In this document: positions 9,766 to 19,219 of the stretch, piece after piece | Layout of the letters: each line of letters starts with the position of its first letter | Position numbering within the stretch: position 1 is the first letter of the stretch | Origin: an uncultured Deinococcaceae bacterium | GTDB taxonomy: Bacteria; Deinococcota; Deinococci; Deinococcales; Deinococcaceae | Direction: 5' to 3' | DNA: 64,000 bases | Assembly (NCBI GenBank): GCA_964252075.1 | Contig: CAXULY010000026.1 | Span: forward strand, 1-64,000 | Position numbers and translations under genes: made by a program | Notes under the pieces: model-generated | What the model saw: the letters and a program-made list of their open reading frames with translations, nothing else | Told to the model about the DNA's origin: nothing | Database searches by the model: none

Positions 9766-11208
9766 ATGCGGGAACGAAGCCTCAGCGTGGACGCCCTGCG
9801 GGTTCTGCTGGGCGACTGGACGGGCAGGGGCGCGGCGTACCAGCAGCTCGCGCGGGCCCTGCGCCAGGGCGTGCTGGACGGCCGCGTGCCCCTCGCGACG
9901 CGCGTTCCGGGCGAACGCGAGCTCGCTGTGGCCCTTGCCGTGAGCCGCACCACCGTCACCGCCGCCTACGCCCTGCTGCGCGACGAGGGTTTCCTCCTGA
10001 CTCGCCACGGCGCGCGCGCCACCACCGCCCTGCCCGTGGGCGCCGCGTCCGCGAACCTGCCGCTGCCCTCGGACGCGGCGGACGACCTGCTGGACCTCGC
10101 GTACGCCACCCCGCCCGCCCCGGAGGGCGTGGTGCACCGCGCGTATACGACCGCCCTGAACGCGTTGCCCGCGCACCTGCCCACGCATGGCTACGCGCCG
10201 CTGGGTCTGCCCGCGCTGCGCGACGCCATCGCCGCGTACTACCGGCGGCGCTGCCTGCCCACGGACCCCGAGCAGATCATGGTGACGTCCGGCGCGCAGC
10301 ACGCGGTGAGCCTGCTGATCCGCCTGCTGTGCGCGCCCGGCGACCGCGTGCTCGTGGACCAGCCGACCTACCCGCACGCCCTCGACACCCTGCGGCAGGC
10401 CGGGTGCCGCACCGTGCCCGTCGCCCTGACGGAAGGCGGCTGGGACGTGGCCGCGCTGCGGGCCGCGCTGCGCCAGACCGCCCCAAGGCTCGCCTACCTG
10501 ATCCCCGATTTTCACAACCCGACCGGGCACTGCATGCCGCCCGCGCAGCGCGCCGCCGTGGCGCGCGCCGCCTTCGAGGCGCGCACCACGGTCATCGTGG
10601 ATGAGACCATGGCGGACCTTGCGCTGGACGTGCCGCCGCCCGCCCCCTTCGCGGCGCACGACCCACACGGCCAGACCGTCACGGTGGGGTCGCTGAGCAA
10701 GTCCTTTTGGGGCGGCCTGCGCATCGGGTGGATTCGCGCGCCGCGGGCGCTCGTCACCCAGGTCGCGGCCGGCCGCGCGCTCGTGGACCTCGGCACGCCC
10801 GTCCTCGAACAACTTGCGGCCGCCGCGCTCCTTACGGACGGAGAGGGCGCCCTGCAGGCGCGCCGCGCGCTGCTCCGGCGCCAGCGGGTCGCCCTGCAGG
10901 ACGCCCTGCGCCAGCACCTGCCCGCCTGGCGCGCACGCACGCCCGAGGGCGGGCTGGCCCTGTGGGTCACCCTGACCGCGCCGGTCAGCTCGGCGCTGGC
11001 GGCCACCGCGCCGCGTTTCGGCGTGCGGGTCGCCTCGGGCGCCCGGTTCGCGTCCGAGGGCCTGCTGGAGCGGCACCTGCGCGTGCCCTTCACCCTGCCG
11101 GAGCCGGAACTGCGGGAGGCGATCGCGCGCCTCGCGCGGGCGAACGCAGCGCTCTCCGGGTGGTCCGGGTCCAGCGACGCGGGCACCCAGGCGGAGGCGC
11201 TGGTCTGA
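9766..11208 (+). CDS. GntR/MocR family regulator with PLP aminotransferase domain (YczR-like)
   Basis: wHTH VPGERELAVALAVSRTTVTAAYALL; VTSGAQHA, PDFHNPTG, GSLSKSFWGGLRIGW; divergent from the yczE-like gene. Confidence 0.92.
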   Translation: MRERSLSVDALRVLLGDWTGRGAAYQQLARALRQGVLDGRVPLATRVPGERELAVALAVSRTTVTAAYALLRDEGFLLTRHGARATTALPVGAASANLPLPSDAADDLLDLAYATPPAPEGVVHRAYTTALNALPAHLPTHGYAPLGLPALRDAIAAYYRRRCLPTDPEQIMVTSGAQHAVSLLIRLLCAPGDRVLVDQPTYPHALDTLRQAGCRTVPVALTEGGWDVAALRAALRQTAPRLAYLIPDFHNPTGHCMPPAQRAAVARAAFEARTTVIVDETMADLALDVPPPAPFAAHDPHGQTVTVGSLSKSFWGGLRIGWIRAPRALVTQVAAGRALVDLGTPVLEQLAAAALLTDGEGALQARRALLRRQRVALQDALRQHLPAWRARTPEGGLALWVTLTAPVSSALAATAPRFGVRVASGARFASEGLLERHLRVPFTLPEPELREAIARLARANAALSGWSGSSDAGTQAEALV

Positions 11209-11283
11209 CTGGACCAGACGCCCGCGCCGCACCCGTCTGAACCTCTCCCCCGCCCCGCCTCGCCGACCCGGTACGCTGAGCGC

Positions 11284-12531
11284 ATGAGCACCCCGACCCT
11301 GAGCGCCCGCGAGCGTTACGAAGCGTACAAGGCGCGCGGCCTGAAGCTGAACATGCAGCGCGGTCAGCCGAGCGACGCCGACTTCGACCTCTCCAACGAC
11401 CTGCTGCTGTCCGTCGGTCCGGACGATGTGCAGGTGGGCGGACTGGACCTGCGCAACTACCCGGGCGGGGTGGCGGGCATTCCGGAGGCGCGCGCGCTGT
11501 TCGCGGACCTGCTGGAGGTGCGCCCGGAGCAGGTGCTGGTGTGGAACAACGCCAGCCTGGAGTTGCAGGCGCACGTGCTCAGCATGGCGCTGCTGAAGGG
11601 CCTCGGGCACGGACCGTGGGCGGGGCAATCACCAAAGGTGATCGTGACGGTGCCGGGCTACGACCGTCACTTCACGCTGCTGTCGGCGCTGGGCTTCGAA
11701 CTCCTCACCGTGGACATGCAGGAGGACGGACCCGACATGGACGCCGTGGAGCGCCTCGCCCAGGACCCCAGCGTGAAGGGCCTGCAGTTCGTGCCCACCT
11801 ACTCCAACCCGACGGGTGAGACCATCAGTGAGGAGAAGGCGCGGCGACTGATGTCCCTCCGTGCGGCCGCGCCGGACTTCACGGTGTTTGCGGACGACGC
11901 GTACCGCGTGCACCATCTGCACGACACCGACCGCGATCACGCGGTGAATTTCGTGGCGCTTGCGGAGGCGGCGGATCAGCCGGAGCGCGCGTGGGTGTTC
12001 AGCAGCACCAGCAAGATCACCTTCGCGGGCGCGGGCCTGGGGTTCGTGGCGAGCAGCGTGGCGAACATCAAGGCGCTCGCCGCGCACCTGAATGCCATCT
12101 CCATCGGGCCGAACAAGATCGAGCAGCAGCGTCACGTGAAGTTCCTGCGGGCGTACCCGGGCGGCGTGGCGGGCCTCATGCGCGAGCACGCGCGCCTCAT
12201 CGCCCCGAAGTTCGCGGCGGTGCAGGAGGTGCTGTCACGCGAGCTGGGCAGCAGCGGCCTCGCACGCTGGAAGGCCCCGAAGGGTGGCTACTTCATCAGC
12301 CTGGACACCACGCTGCCCGTCGCGGACCGGGTGGTGGCGCTGGCGGACGAGGCGGGCGTGAGCCTCACCCCGGCGGGCGCCACCTACCCCGGTGGGCGCG
12401 ACCCGCGCAACAGCAACATCCGCCTCGCGCCGACGCGCCCGCCGCTGGATGAGGTGCGGCTCGCGATGGAGGTGGTCGCGGCGTGCATCGTGCTGGCGAG
12501 CGAGGAGCACCGGGAAGCGCAGGGCCGCTAG
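11284..12531 (+). CDS. Class I/II aminotransferase (AspT/Rv3722c-like aspartate aminotransferase)
   Basis: LNMQRGQPS, RNYPGG, VPGYDRHF, PTYSNPTG, STSKITFAGAG, GPNKIEQ, PKGGYFISL, TPAGATYP, NIRLAPT. Confidence 0.8.
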   Translation: MSTPTLSARERYEAYKARGLKLNMQRGQPSDADFDLSNDLLLSVGPDDVQVGGLDLRNYPGGVAGIPEARALFADLLEVRPEQVLVWNNASLELQAHVLSMALLKGLGHGPWAGQSPKVIVTVPGYDRHFTLLSALGFELLTVDMQEDGPDMDAVERLAQDPSVKGLQFVPTYSNPTGETISEEKARRLMSLRAAAPDFTVFADDAYRVHHLHDTDRDHAVNFVALAEAADQPERAWVFSSTSKITFAGAGLGFVASSVANIKALAAHLNAISIGPNKIEQQRHVKFLRAYPGGVAGLMREHARLIAPKFAAVQEVLSRELGSSGLARWKAPKGGYFISLDTTLPVADRVVALADEAGVSLTPAGATYPGGRDPRNSNIRLAPTRPPLDEVRLAMEVVAACIVLASEEHREAQGR

Positions 12532-12989
12532 GCCGCCGGGAGCCGGGCGCCCTCGCGGCGCTCGGCGCGGGCCTGCTGGCGTGCCTGCCGCTGCTGCTCC
12601 TCAGCCTGCACGCGGGCGGCGAGCCGGGCCTGTACCTGCTGGTCGCCCCGGCGGGGGCACTCAGCATGTGGGCGCTGCGCGCCGCGTGGCGCCGCGGGCG
12701 CTGGCGGCCCCAGCACCGCGCGGCGTGGGTCGGGGTGTTTCTCGGGGCGTCCCTTCTCGGGTCGGCCCTTACGGGCCTGCTCGCCACGTGGGTCATGCTG
12801 CTGTGGGGGCTGGTCACGGACCCCCGGCACTTCAGCGCGCTGGACGCCGTGACGGCCCTGCCGCAGGCGTCCGTCGCGGGGGCGCTGTCGGGCGTGACCT
12901 TCGGGTTCCTGAGCCTGTGCGCGCCACTCGGGGGGCTGCTGTTCGTGTGGCTGGCGCGCCGCGCCCGGTATACTTCCCGTCATGATTGA
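12483..12989 (+). CDS. Hypothetical membrane protein (~4 TM)
   Basis: Hydrophobic ORF filling the gap before gatC. Start uncertain: GTG 12483 overlaps the upstream gene and has GGAGG 10 nt upstream. Confidence 0.45.
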   Translation: MHRAGERGAPGSAGPLGRREPGALAALGAGLLACLPLLLLSLHAGGEPGLYLLVAPAGALSMWALRAAWRRGRWRPQHRAAWVGVFLGASLLGSALTGLLATWVMLLWGLVTDPRHFSALDAVTALPQASVAGALSGVTFGFLSLCAPLGGLLFVWLARRARYTSRHD

Positions 12990-13266
12990 CGCCGCCGAGA
13001 TGCAGCACCTCAAGCTGCTCGCGCGCCTGGACCTCGACGACGCCGAGACCGAGCAGATGCGCGGGGAACTGAACGCCATCCTGGAGTACTTCGCCCTGCT
13101 GCAGGAACTGAACACCGAGGGTGTGCCGGAGATGCAGCGCCCGGTGGCGCTCTCGAACGTCATGCGTGAGGACGCGCCCGGCGAGATGCTCAGTCAGGCG
13201 CAGGCGCTGGCGCTCGCCGTGGAGGAACAGGACGGGTTCTTCAAGGTGCCGCGCACGGTGGAGTGA
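12982..13266 (+). CDS. gatC: Asp/Glu-tRNA amidotransferase subunit C
   Basis: HLKLLARLDL, LNAILEY, LNTEGVPE, NVMRED, DGFFKVPR. TATACT lies 7 nt before the ATG. Confidence 0.93.
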   Translation: MIDAAEMQHLKLLARLDLDDAETEQMRGELNAILEYFALLQELNTEGVPEMQRPVALSNVMREDAPGEMLSQAQALALAVEEQDGFFKVPRTVE

Positions 13267-13369
13267 CGCGCGCGTCCCCGTGACGCCCCCCTCCTTCCTT
13301 TCGGGCCGTTCGCGCGGGTGCGGGCGGCGAGACCGACCCCTCACCCGTTCATGGAAAGCGGAGTGCTGA

Positions 13370-14635
13370 ATGCTGGACATCAAATTCATTCGTGATCATG
13401 CCGGGGCTGTCCGGCGCGCCATCGAGGTGAAGGGCGTGAACCTCGACCTGGACGAGCTGCTGCGCGTGGACCGCGAGCTGCTGGAACTGCGCCAGCGCGT
13501 GGAGGCCCTGCAGGCGGAACGCAACGCGAACGCCAAGCTCGTCCCGAAAGCCCAGGCGGAGGAGCGCCCCACGCTCATCGCGCGCGGCAAGGAACTGGCC
13601 GAGGAGCTGCGCGCGCTGGAGCCGCAACTGCGCGCGCACGACGACGCGCTGCGCCAGCTGATGCTGCGCGTGCCGAACATCCCGCTGGCGAGCGTGCCGG
13701 TGGGCCGCAGCGACGAGGACAACGTGGAGTTGCGCCGCGAGGGCGAACGGCCCGCGTTCGCATTCACGCCGCTCGATCACGTGCAGCTGCTGGAGCGCCA
13801 CGGTTGGGCGGACTTCGAGCGCGTCGCGCGCGTGTCCGGCAGCCGCAGCTACCTCCTGAAGGGGGACGCGGTGCGGCTGGAGCAGGCGGTCCTGAACTTC
13901 GCGCTGGATTACCTCGCACAGCAGGGCTTCACGCTCGTGAGCACCAGCGCCCTGGTGCGCCCCGAGACCTTCGTGGGCACCGGGCACTTCCCGGGCGGCG
14001 AGGATCAGGTGTACAAGATTGAGGGCGAGGAGCTGATGCTCGCGGGCACCGCCGAGGTGCCCGTGAACAGCCTGTACGCCGGGGAGATTCTGGAGGAGGG
14101 CGCGCTGCCGCTGACCTTCGCGGCCTTCTCGGGCGCGTACCGCAGCGAGGCGGGCAGCGCGGGGCGCGACGTGCGCGGCCTCATTCGCGTGCACGAGTTC
14201 AAGAAGGTGGAGCAGTACGTGATGTGCCCCGCGACGGAGGAGGCGGGTCTCGCGTGGTTCGGGACGCTGCTCGCGAACGCCGAGGGCATCCTGCGGGCGC
14301 TGGAACTGCCGTACCGGGTCGTGCAGAACTGCACGGGCGACATGGGCGCCGGGAAGGTCCTCATGTATGACCTGGAATGCTGGGTGCCGAGCGAAGGCAA
14401 GTACCGCGAGACGCACTCGTGCAGCTACCTGGGGGATTGGCAGGCGCGCCGCACGGGCCTCCGGTACCGCGACGAGGGCGGCAAGGTGCAGTTCGTGCAC
14501 ACCCTGAACAACACGGGCGTCGCGACGCCGCGCATCCTGGTGCCGCTCCTGGAGAACCACCAGACCGAGGACGGCCGCATCCGCGTGCCGGAGGCGCTGC
14601 GCCCGTACGTGGGCGGCCGCGAGCTACTCGGCTGA
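13370..14635 (+). CDS. serS: Serine--tRNA ligase
   Basis: MLDIKFIR, N-terminal coiled coil, GTAEVP, YRSEAGSAGRDVRGLIRVHEFKKVEQ, ETHSCS, HTLNNT. Confidence 0.97.
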   Translation: MLDIKFIRDHAGAVRRAIEVKGVNLDLDELLRVDRELLELRQRVEALQAERNANAKLVPKAQAEERPTLIARGKELAEELRALEPQLRAHDDALRQLMLRVPNIPLASVPVGRSDEDNVELRREGERPAFAFTPLDHVQLLERHGWADFERVARVSGSRSYLLKGDAVRLEQAVLNFALDYLAQQGFTLVSTSALVRPETFVGTGHFPGGEDQVYKIEGEELMLAGTAEVPVNSLYAGEILEEGALPLTFAAFSGAYRSEAGSAGRDVRGLIRVHEFKKVEQYVMCPATEEAGLAWFGTLLANAEGILRALELPYRVVQNCTGDMGAGKVLMYDLECWVPSEGKYRETHSCSYLGDWQARRTGLRYRDEGGKVQFVHTLNNTGVATPRILVPLLENHQTEDGRIRVPEALRPYVGGRELLG

Positions 14636-14642
14636 CGCGCCG

Positions 14643-15458
14643 GTGAACCTCGGCGCGCTTTACGGACTGCTGTCCGCGCTGGTGTACGGCGCGGGCGATT
14701 TCGTGGCGGGCTACGCGAGCCGCACGGACCCGCCGGTGCGGCTCGCGGCGCTCACGCACCCGGTGGCGGCGCTGCTGTTCGCGCTGCTGGCCGTCGTGAC
14801 GCGCGAGGCGCTGCCGCCCGGCCGTGACCTGCTGTGGGGCGCGGCGGCGGGCCTGGTGGGGCTGGTGGGCATCCTGGCGTTCTACCGCGCGCTGGCGCTC
14901 GGGCCGATGGGCGCGGTGAGCGTCACGGCAGGTTCTCTGTCCGCCCTGATCCCGGCGGTGTGGGGCCTCGCGCTGGGCGAGCGGCTCGGCTCGGGCGGGG
15001 TGCTGGGCGCGGTCCTGGTGCTGCTGGGCATCGCGGCGCTCAGCGCGGTGCCGGGGCACGGGCGGGGCGGGGTGGGCCTCGCGGTATTCGCAGGGGTGGG
15101 CTTCGGCTTGTTCTTCGTGCTGCTGGCGCAGGCGGGCAGCGGGACCTACTGGGTGCTGGCGGCGGCCCGCGCGGCGAGCGGCGCGCTCATGCTGCCCGTC
15201 GCGGCGCGCGGCGTGGGTCTGCGCCCGGCCAGGCCGGGGCTGGTGCTGGCGGCCCTGCCGGGCGACGCGCTCGGGAACCTGCTGTACCTGCTGTCCGCGC
15301 AGGCGGGGCGGCTGGCGGTGGCGGGCGTGCTGTCGAGCCTCTACCCGGCCGTCACGACGCTGCTCGCGGCGTGGCTGCTGCGCGAGCGCCTGCGGCCCGT
15401 GCAGTGGGTGGGCGCGGTGCTGGCCCTGACGGGCGCGGCGCTGGTCGCCACCGCCTGA
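14643..15458 (+). CDS. DMT/EamA family transporter
   Basis: SALVYGAGDF, FYRALALGPM, SSLYPAVT, LLRERL; ~10 TM. Confidence 0.85.
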   Translation: MNLGALYGLLSALVYGAGDFVAGYASRTDPPVRLAALTHPVAALLFALLAVVTREALPPGRDLLWGAAAGLVGLVGILAFYRALALGPMGAVSVTAGSLSALIPAVWGLALGERLGSGGVLGAVLVLLGIAALSAVPGHGRGGVGLAVFAGVGFGLFFVLLAQAGSGTYWVLAAARAASGALMLPVAARGVGLRPARPGLVLAALPGDALGNLLYLLSAQAGRLAVAGVLSSLYPAVTTLLAAWLLRERLRPVQWVGAVLALTGAALVATA

Positions 15459-15474
15459 CGCGCGCCTGGAGCCC

Positions 15475-15837
15475 TTACTTCGCGAAGCCTTTCTGCTTCA
15501 GCGTGACGTTGATGTTCTTGCTGCCGTTGAAGATCAGCACCTCGGGCAGCGAGCCGCCCTTCACGATCTGGAGGCGCACCAGCATCCCGATCGGCACGAG
15601 GTTCGTGACGGCGGTGGCGAGGCCATCCTTGGCTTTCACGCCGGAGAGCTTCACGCCGTACTTCTGCCAGCCGTCGCCCTCGTCCCCGAGGTCAATCAGG
15701 ACGTTGCCCATGTCGTCCACGAAGGACAGGCGCCCGTACATCTGGGCGCCGGGCGTGCCGGCGGCGTGCGCGGTCAGGCTGAGGGTGGCCGCCAGCGCGA
15801 AAAGCGTCCTGGGCAGCCGGGAGCGGGGCTCGGGCAT
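15475..15837 (-). CDS. Secreted hypothetical protein, SNase-like fold suspected
   Basis: Signal peptide ending in AHA; VKLSGVKA, NLVPIGMLVRL and NINVTLKQKGFA resemble thermonuclease structural motifs. Confidence 0.6.
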   Translation of the reverse strand: MPEPRSRLPRTLFALAATLSLTAHAAGTPGAQMYGRLSFVDDMGNVLIDLGDEGDGWQKYGVKLSGVKAKDGLATAVTNLVPIGMLVRLQIVKGGSLPEVLIFNGSKNINVTLKQKGFAK

Positions 15838-15986
15838 GGGTGGAACCTCCTGGGTGTGTCCTCGTTGTGCGATTGCTCTGGCAGCGTAGCGCCCGCACCC
15901 TCACGGAACTCTTACGGCGGCCTCGCGCGGCGCGTGACATAGGCGGGGCGCGCCGCGGCCTCCCGGCGGCGCTCTACACTCCCCGC

Positions 15987-17453
15987 ATGGATGGCGTGGC
16001 GCTGGTCCGGCTTCAGGACGTGGACGTGCAGGTGGGTGGGCGCGCGGTGCTGACGGGCGTGACGTTCACCCTGCGCGCGGGCGAGCACTGGCTGCTGCAG
16101 GGCCCGAACGGCGGGGGCAAGAGCAGCCTGCTGCGCCTGCTGCGCGGCGAGTTGTGGCCCAGCGCGGGCGAGCGGACCTACCTGCTGGACGGGCAGATGC
16201 GGCGCAGCGCCGTGCGCGCGCGGCAGGCGATCGCGCTGGTCAGCCCGGATGTGGAGGCGTACTACCTCACGCGGGACTGGGCGCAGTCCGTCTCGGACGT
16301 GCTGCTCGCGGCGCACGAGGGTGACGCGCTGCGGCTCTGGACGCCCACCCCGGAGGCCCTCGCGCGGCAGGCCGAGGTCGCGGCGCTGGTGGGCCTCACG
16401 GACCTGCTGGGGCGCGACTTCCGCACCCTGAGTCACGGGCAGCGGCGCCGCGCGGTGCTGGGCCGCGCCCTCATGCCGCGCCCGCTCGCGCTGCTGCTCG
16501 ATGAGTTCACGGACGGCCTGAGCGTCGCGGCGCTCGCGGAACTGCGCGCGGTGCTGGAGGCCGTTGCGGCGCAGGGCGTGTCGCTCGTGCTGGCGACGCA
16601 CACGCCGGACGAGGCGCCCGCCCTACCCTGGCAGCCCCTGTGGGTGGGGGGCGGCTTGGTGCGCGAGGGTCACCCTGCGGTGCCCGAGGCGGCGCGCGCC
16701 GCCTCATGGACGTCTCCTGCGCCCAGGGCAGGTGCCGTGCTGGTGTCCGTGGAGGACGCCAGCGTGTACCGCAACGGTCACCTCGCGCTCGCGGACGTGC
16801 GCTGGTCGTGGCGGGAGGGCGAGCAGTGGCTGGTGCGCGGCCCGAACGGCGCGGGCAAGACCACCTTCGCGCGCCTCGTGTCGGGACTCCTGCACCCGGC
16901 GGTGGGCGGGCAGGTGCGGCGCCCGGTCGTGCAGGGCACCGACACACTGGAGGCGCGCGCGCGCACCTTCGGCATCGTGGGCGCGGAACTGTCCATCGCG
17001 CAGCGCCGCGACTGGAACGGCTTCGAGGTGATCGCCTCGGGCTTCAGTGGCAGTGTGGGGTTCGCTCCGAACGTACAGGGCCAGCAGGCCGCGCGGGTGC
17101 GTGCGCTGGCCGCGCGCCTCGGCGCGCTGGAGTTGCTGCACCGTCCGGCCAGCGCCCTGTCGCAGGGACAGTTGAAGCGCCTGCTGCTCGCGCGGGCGCT
17201 CGTGCACCGCCCGCGCCTCATCGTGTTCGATGAGCCCTTCGACTTTCTGGACGCCGCCACGCGGGCTCAGCTGTCCGCCCTGCTTGGGGAAGCGGTCGCG
17301 GACGGCGCGCAGGTGCTGCTCGTCGCGCACCGAGCGGGCGACGTGCCGCCCTTCATCACGCACGAACTGCAGCTCGACGCGGGAAGCGTGCTTAGCGCGG
17401 GCCCCGTGAGGACGGAACAGGACGCGCTGCGCCAAGCTGAGCTGCCGTTGTGA
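15987..17453 (+). CDS. Dual-domain ABC ATPase (ModF-like)
   Basis: Two Walker A motifs (GPNGGGKS, GPNGAGKT), signatures LSHGQ and LSQGQ, Walker B LLLDEF and IVFDEP. TACACT lies 6 nt before the ATG. Confidence 0.85.
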   Translation: MDGVALVRLQDVDVQVGGRAVLTGVTFTLRAGEHWLLQGPNGGGKSSLLRLLRGELWPSAGERTYLLDGQMRRSAVRARQAIALVSPDVEAYYLTRDWAQSVSDVLLAAHEGDALRLWTPTPEALARQAEVAALVGLTDLLGRDFRTLSHGQRRRAVLGRALMPRPLALLLDEFTDGLSVAALAELRAVLEAVAAQGVSLVLATHTPDEAPALPWQPLWVGGGLVREGHPAVPEAARAASWTSPAPRAGAVLVSVEDASVYRNGHLALADVRWSWREGEQWLVRGPNGAGKTTFARLVSGLLHPAVGGQVRRPVVQGTDTLEARARTFGIVGAELSIAQRRDWNGFEVIASGFSGSVGFAPNVQGQQAARVRALAARLGALELLHRPASALSQGQLKRLLLARALVHRPRLIVFDEPFDFLDAATRAQLSALLGEAVADGAQVLLVAHRAGDVPPFITHELQLDAGSVLSAGPVRTEQDALRQAELPL

Positions 17454-17508
17454 GAACGCTGAAGGCCAAGCTCGCGCCGGGCAGGCACAATACCGGGTGG
17501 AGGCATTC

Positions 17509-18018
17509 ATGACACACGCAATCAAGCTGGGCCTGCTGCTGCTGGCCGTCACGGGCGGCGCGCAGGCCGCCACGTTTCGCAGCACCGCCGACCGCTTCAG
17601 CTTCACGTACCCGAGCGGCTGGACGAAACAGGAGAACATTCAGGGGGCCGCCGTGGCGGTCATCGCGCCCAGTGCGGGCGGCTTCAGTCGGAACGTGAAC
17701 GTCGTCGTGATTCCCGGCGCGCCCGCCGGGGTGAGCCTCAATGACGTGCTGACCGCGAACCGCGCGAACCTCGCGAAGCAGATCAAGAACCTGAAGGTCA
17801 TCTCCCAGCGCAAGGTGCAGGTGGGCGGCGTGCCGGGTCAGGAGCTGGTGTACAGCGGCTCGGTCAGCACGGCGGGCACGCGCGTGCTGCGCTTCAAGCA
17901 GCGCTACACCATTCACTCCGGCAAACTGTTCGTGCTCACGCAGACGGCGCTCGCCACGGATTCGGGAGCGGACGGCGCGGTGACGCCCGTCCTCGACAGC
18001 TTCAAGTTCCTGAAGTAG
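17509..18018 (+). CDS. Secreted PsbP/DcrB-like protein
   Basis: Signal peptide (AQA); FSFTYPSGW, FSRNVNV, VGGVPG, VLDSFKF; GGAGG upstream. Confidence 0.7.
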   Translation: MTHAIKLGLLLLAVTGGAQAATFRSTADRFSFTYPSGWTKQENIQGAAVAVIAPSAGGFSRNVNVVVIPGAPAGVSLNDVLTANRANLAKQIKNLKVISQRKVQVGGVPGQELVYSGSVSTAGTRVLRFKQRYTIHSGKLFVLTQTALATDSGADGAVTPVLDSFKFLK

Positions 18019-18790
18019 CGGTCCCCTCGCCGGACAGCTGCGCGGCGAAGCGGGTCAGCCAGTCGCCCAGCGCGTCCGGCGAGGTCACGGTGGCGTCGGC
18101 GTGCGGGGCGAGCAGCGGCAGGTCGCCGACCTGCACGGCGAGGCCCGCGAGTTCCAGCATGGCGACGTCGTTGTCGCTGTCCCCGAAGGCCACCGTGGCG
18201 GCCAGCGGCACGCCGAGCGCCTCCGCGAGCGCCACGAGCGCCGCGCCCTTGTCCGCGCCCGCCGGGGTGACCGTCAGGAATTCCGGGTAGGGGTCCTGCG
18301 CGCCCGTCAGGATGAGGTGCGGCTGCGCGGCGCGCAGGTGCTCCGCCCAGCCCGCGACGCCCGGGTGGTACACCGCGACCTTCAGGATCTCGTCCCCGTG
18401 CGCTTCCTGCAGGGGCCGCAGCGCGCGCTCCGCGAGCCAGCCGGGCAGTTCGCCTTCCGGCAGGTCGTGGTAGATGTGATCGCGTCCGTAGGCGAACACG
18501 CGCGCCTCGGGCATCGCGACGGCCAGCACGGCGCGCAGCTCGTCCACGGTGAAGCGCGCCTCGGTGTGCAGGGCGTCACCCACCCGGATCGTCCCGCCAT
18601 TGTTGATGGCCCAGGCGTCGAGCTTCACGGCGGCGTGCACGTTCTCGGGGACGCGATCACGCCCGGTGATCACGGCGAGCTGGCACCCCAGGTCCCGCAG
18701 GTCCTGGAGGGCGCGCGAGGTGGCCTCCGGCACGATCTTGTCGTCGTTCAGCAGGGTCCCGTCGAGGTCGAAGGCGAGCAGTCTGGACAC
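18002..18790 (-). CDS. Cof-type HAD hydrolase
   Basis: AFDLDGTLL, ITGR, NNGG, DKGAAL, AFGDSDNDVAML. Confidence 0.92.
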   Translation of the reverse strand: MSRLLAFDLDGTLLNDDKIVPEATSRALQDLRDLGCQLAVITGRDRVPENVHAAVKLDAWAINNGGTIRVGDALHTEARFTVDELRAVLAVAMPEARVFAYGRDHIYHDLPEGELPGWLAERALRPLQEAHGDEILKVAVYHPGVAGWAEHLRAAQPHLILTGAQDPYPEFLTVTPAGADKGAALVALAEALGVPLAATVAFGDSDNDVAMLELAGLAVQVGDLPLLAPHADATVTSPDALGDWLTRFAAQLSGEGTATSGT

Positions 18791-18870
18791 GCCCGACAGC
18801 CTAACGCACGCGGGCGCAGCAGGAGGGGGCGGACGCCTGCGCGCCCGCCCCCTCGTCTCGGTCTCGAACG

Positions 18871-19131
18871 TCAGCCTTCGGCGTGCTCCAGGGTTGCCTG
18901 TCGGCTGGGCCAGACCATCAGGGCGACCAAGTACACCAGGTACACCAGCAGCAGGTAGAAGAGTTCCTGGCTGGGGTGCAGGTACTGCGACACGGCGGCG
19001 GTGAGGTACATCAGGACCATGATGAGCATGAGTTGGGGGCGCTGCTTGGGGCGATTGCGGAAAGCCCAGCCGCCCGCGAGCATGGCAAACACCACCGGGC
19101 CGACGAAGGTCGTGAACAGCTCCTGATCCAT
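18871..19131 (-). CDS. Small membrane protein (3 TM)
   Basis: 86-aa hydrophobic ORF; TAACCT lies 7 nt before the ATG; downstream hairpin. Confidence 0.7.
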   Translation of the reverse strand: MDQELFTTFVGPVVFAMLAGGWAFRNRPKQRPQLMLIMVLMYLTAAVSQYLHPSQELFYLLLVYLVYLVALMVWPSRQATLEHAEG

Positions 19132-19219
19132 ACTTAACAGGTTAATGATTTCTTATGACAAGCCTCTGACAAGATGAAGGGCTTGCCTACACAGCTCGAA
19201 AAGCCCATCGTGACGCGGT

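Noticed and set aside
9705..11628. 846-aa minus-strand ORF and other long overlapping ORFs (e.g. 54742-57057, 45889-48009, 59468-61378)
   Set aside because: Antisense or alternate-frame shadows of real genes in high-GC DNA; Arg/Ala/Gly-rich with no motifs.
47..13266. Separated gatA and gatC, lone trpC, scattered lysK/lysJ
   Set aside because: Dispersal of pathway genes is ordinary in Deinococcus.
13267..13369. T-box riboswitch upstream of serS
   Set aside because: The gap is only ~100 nt and has no T-box antiterminator motif (GGTGGNACC).
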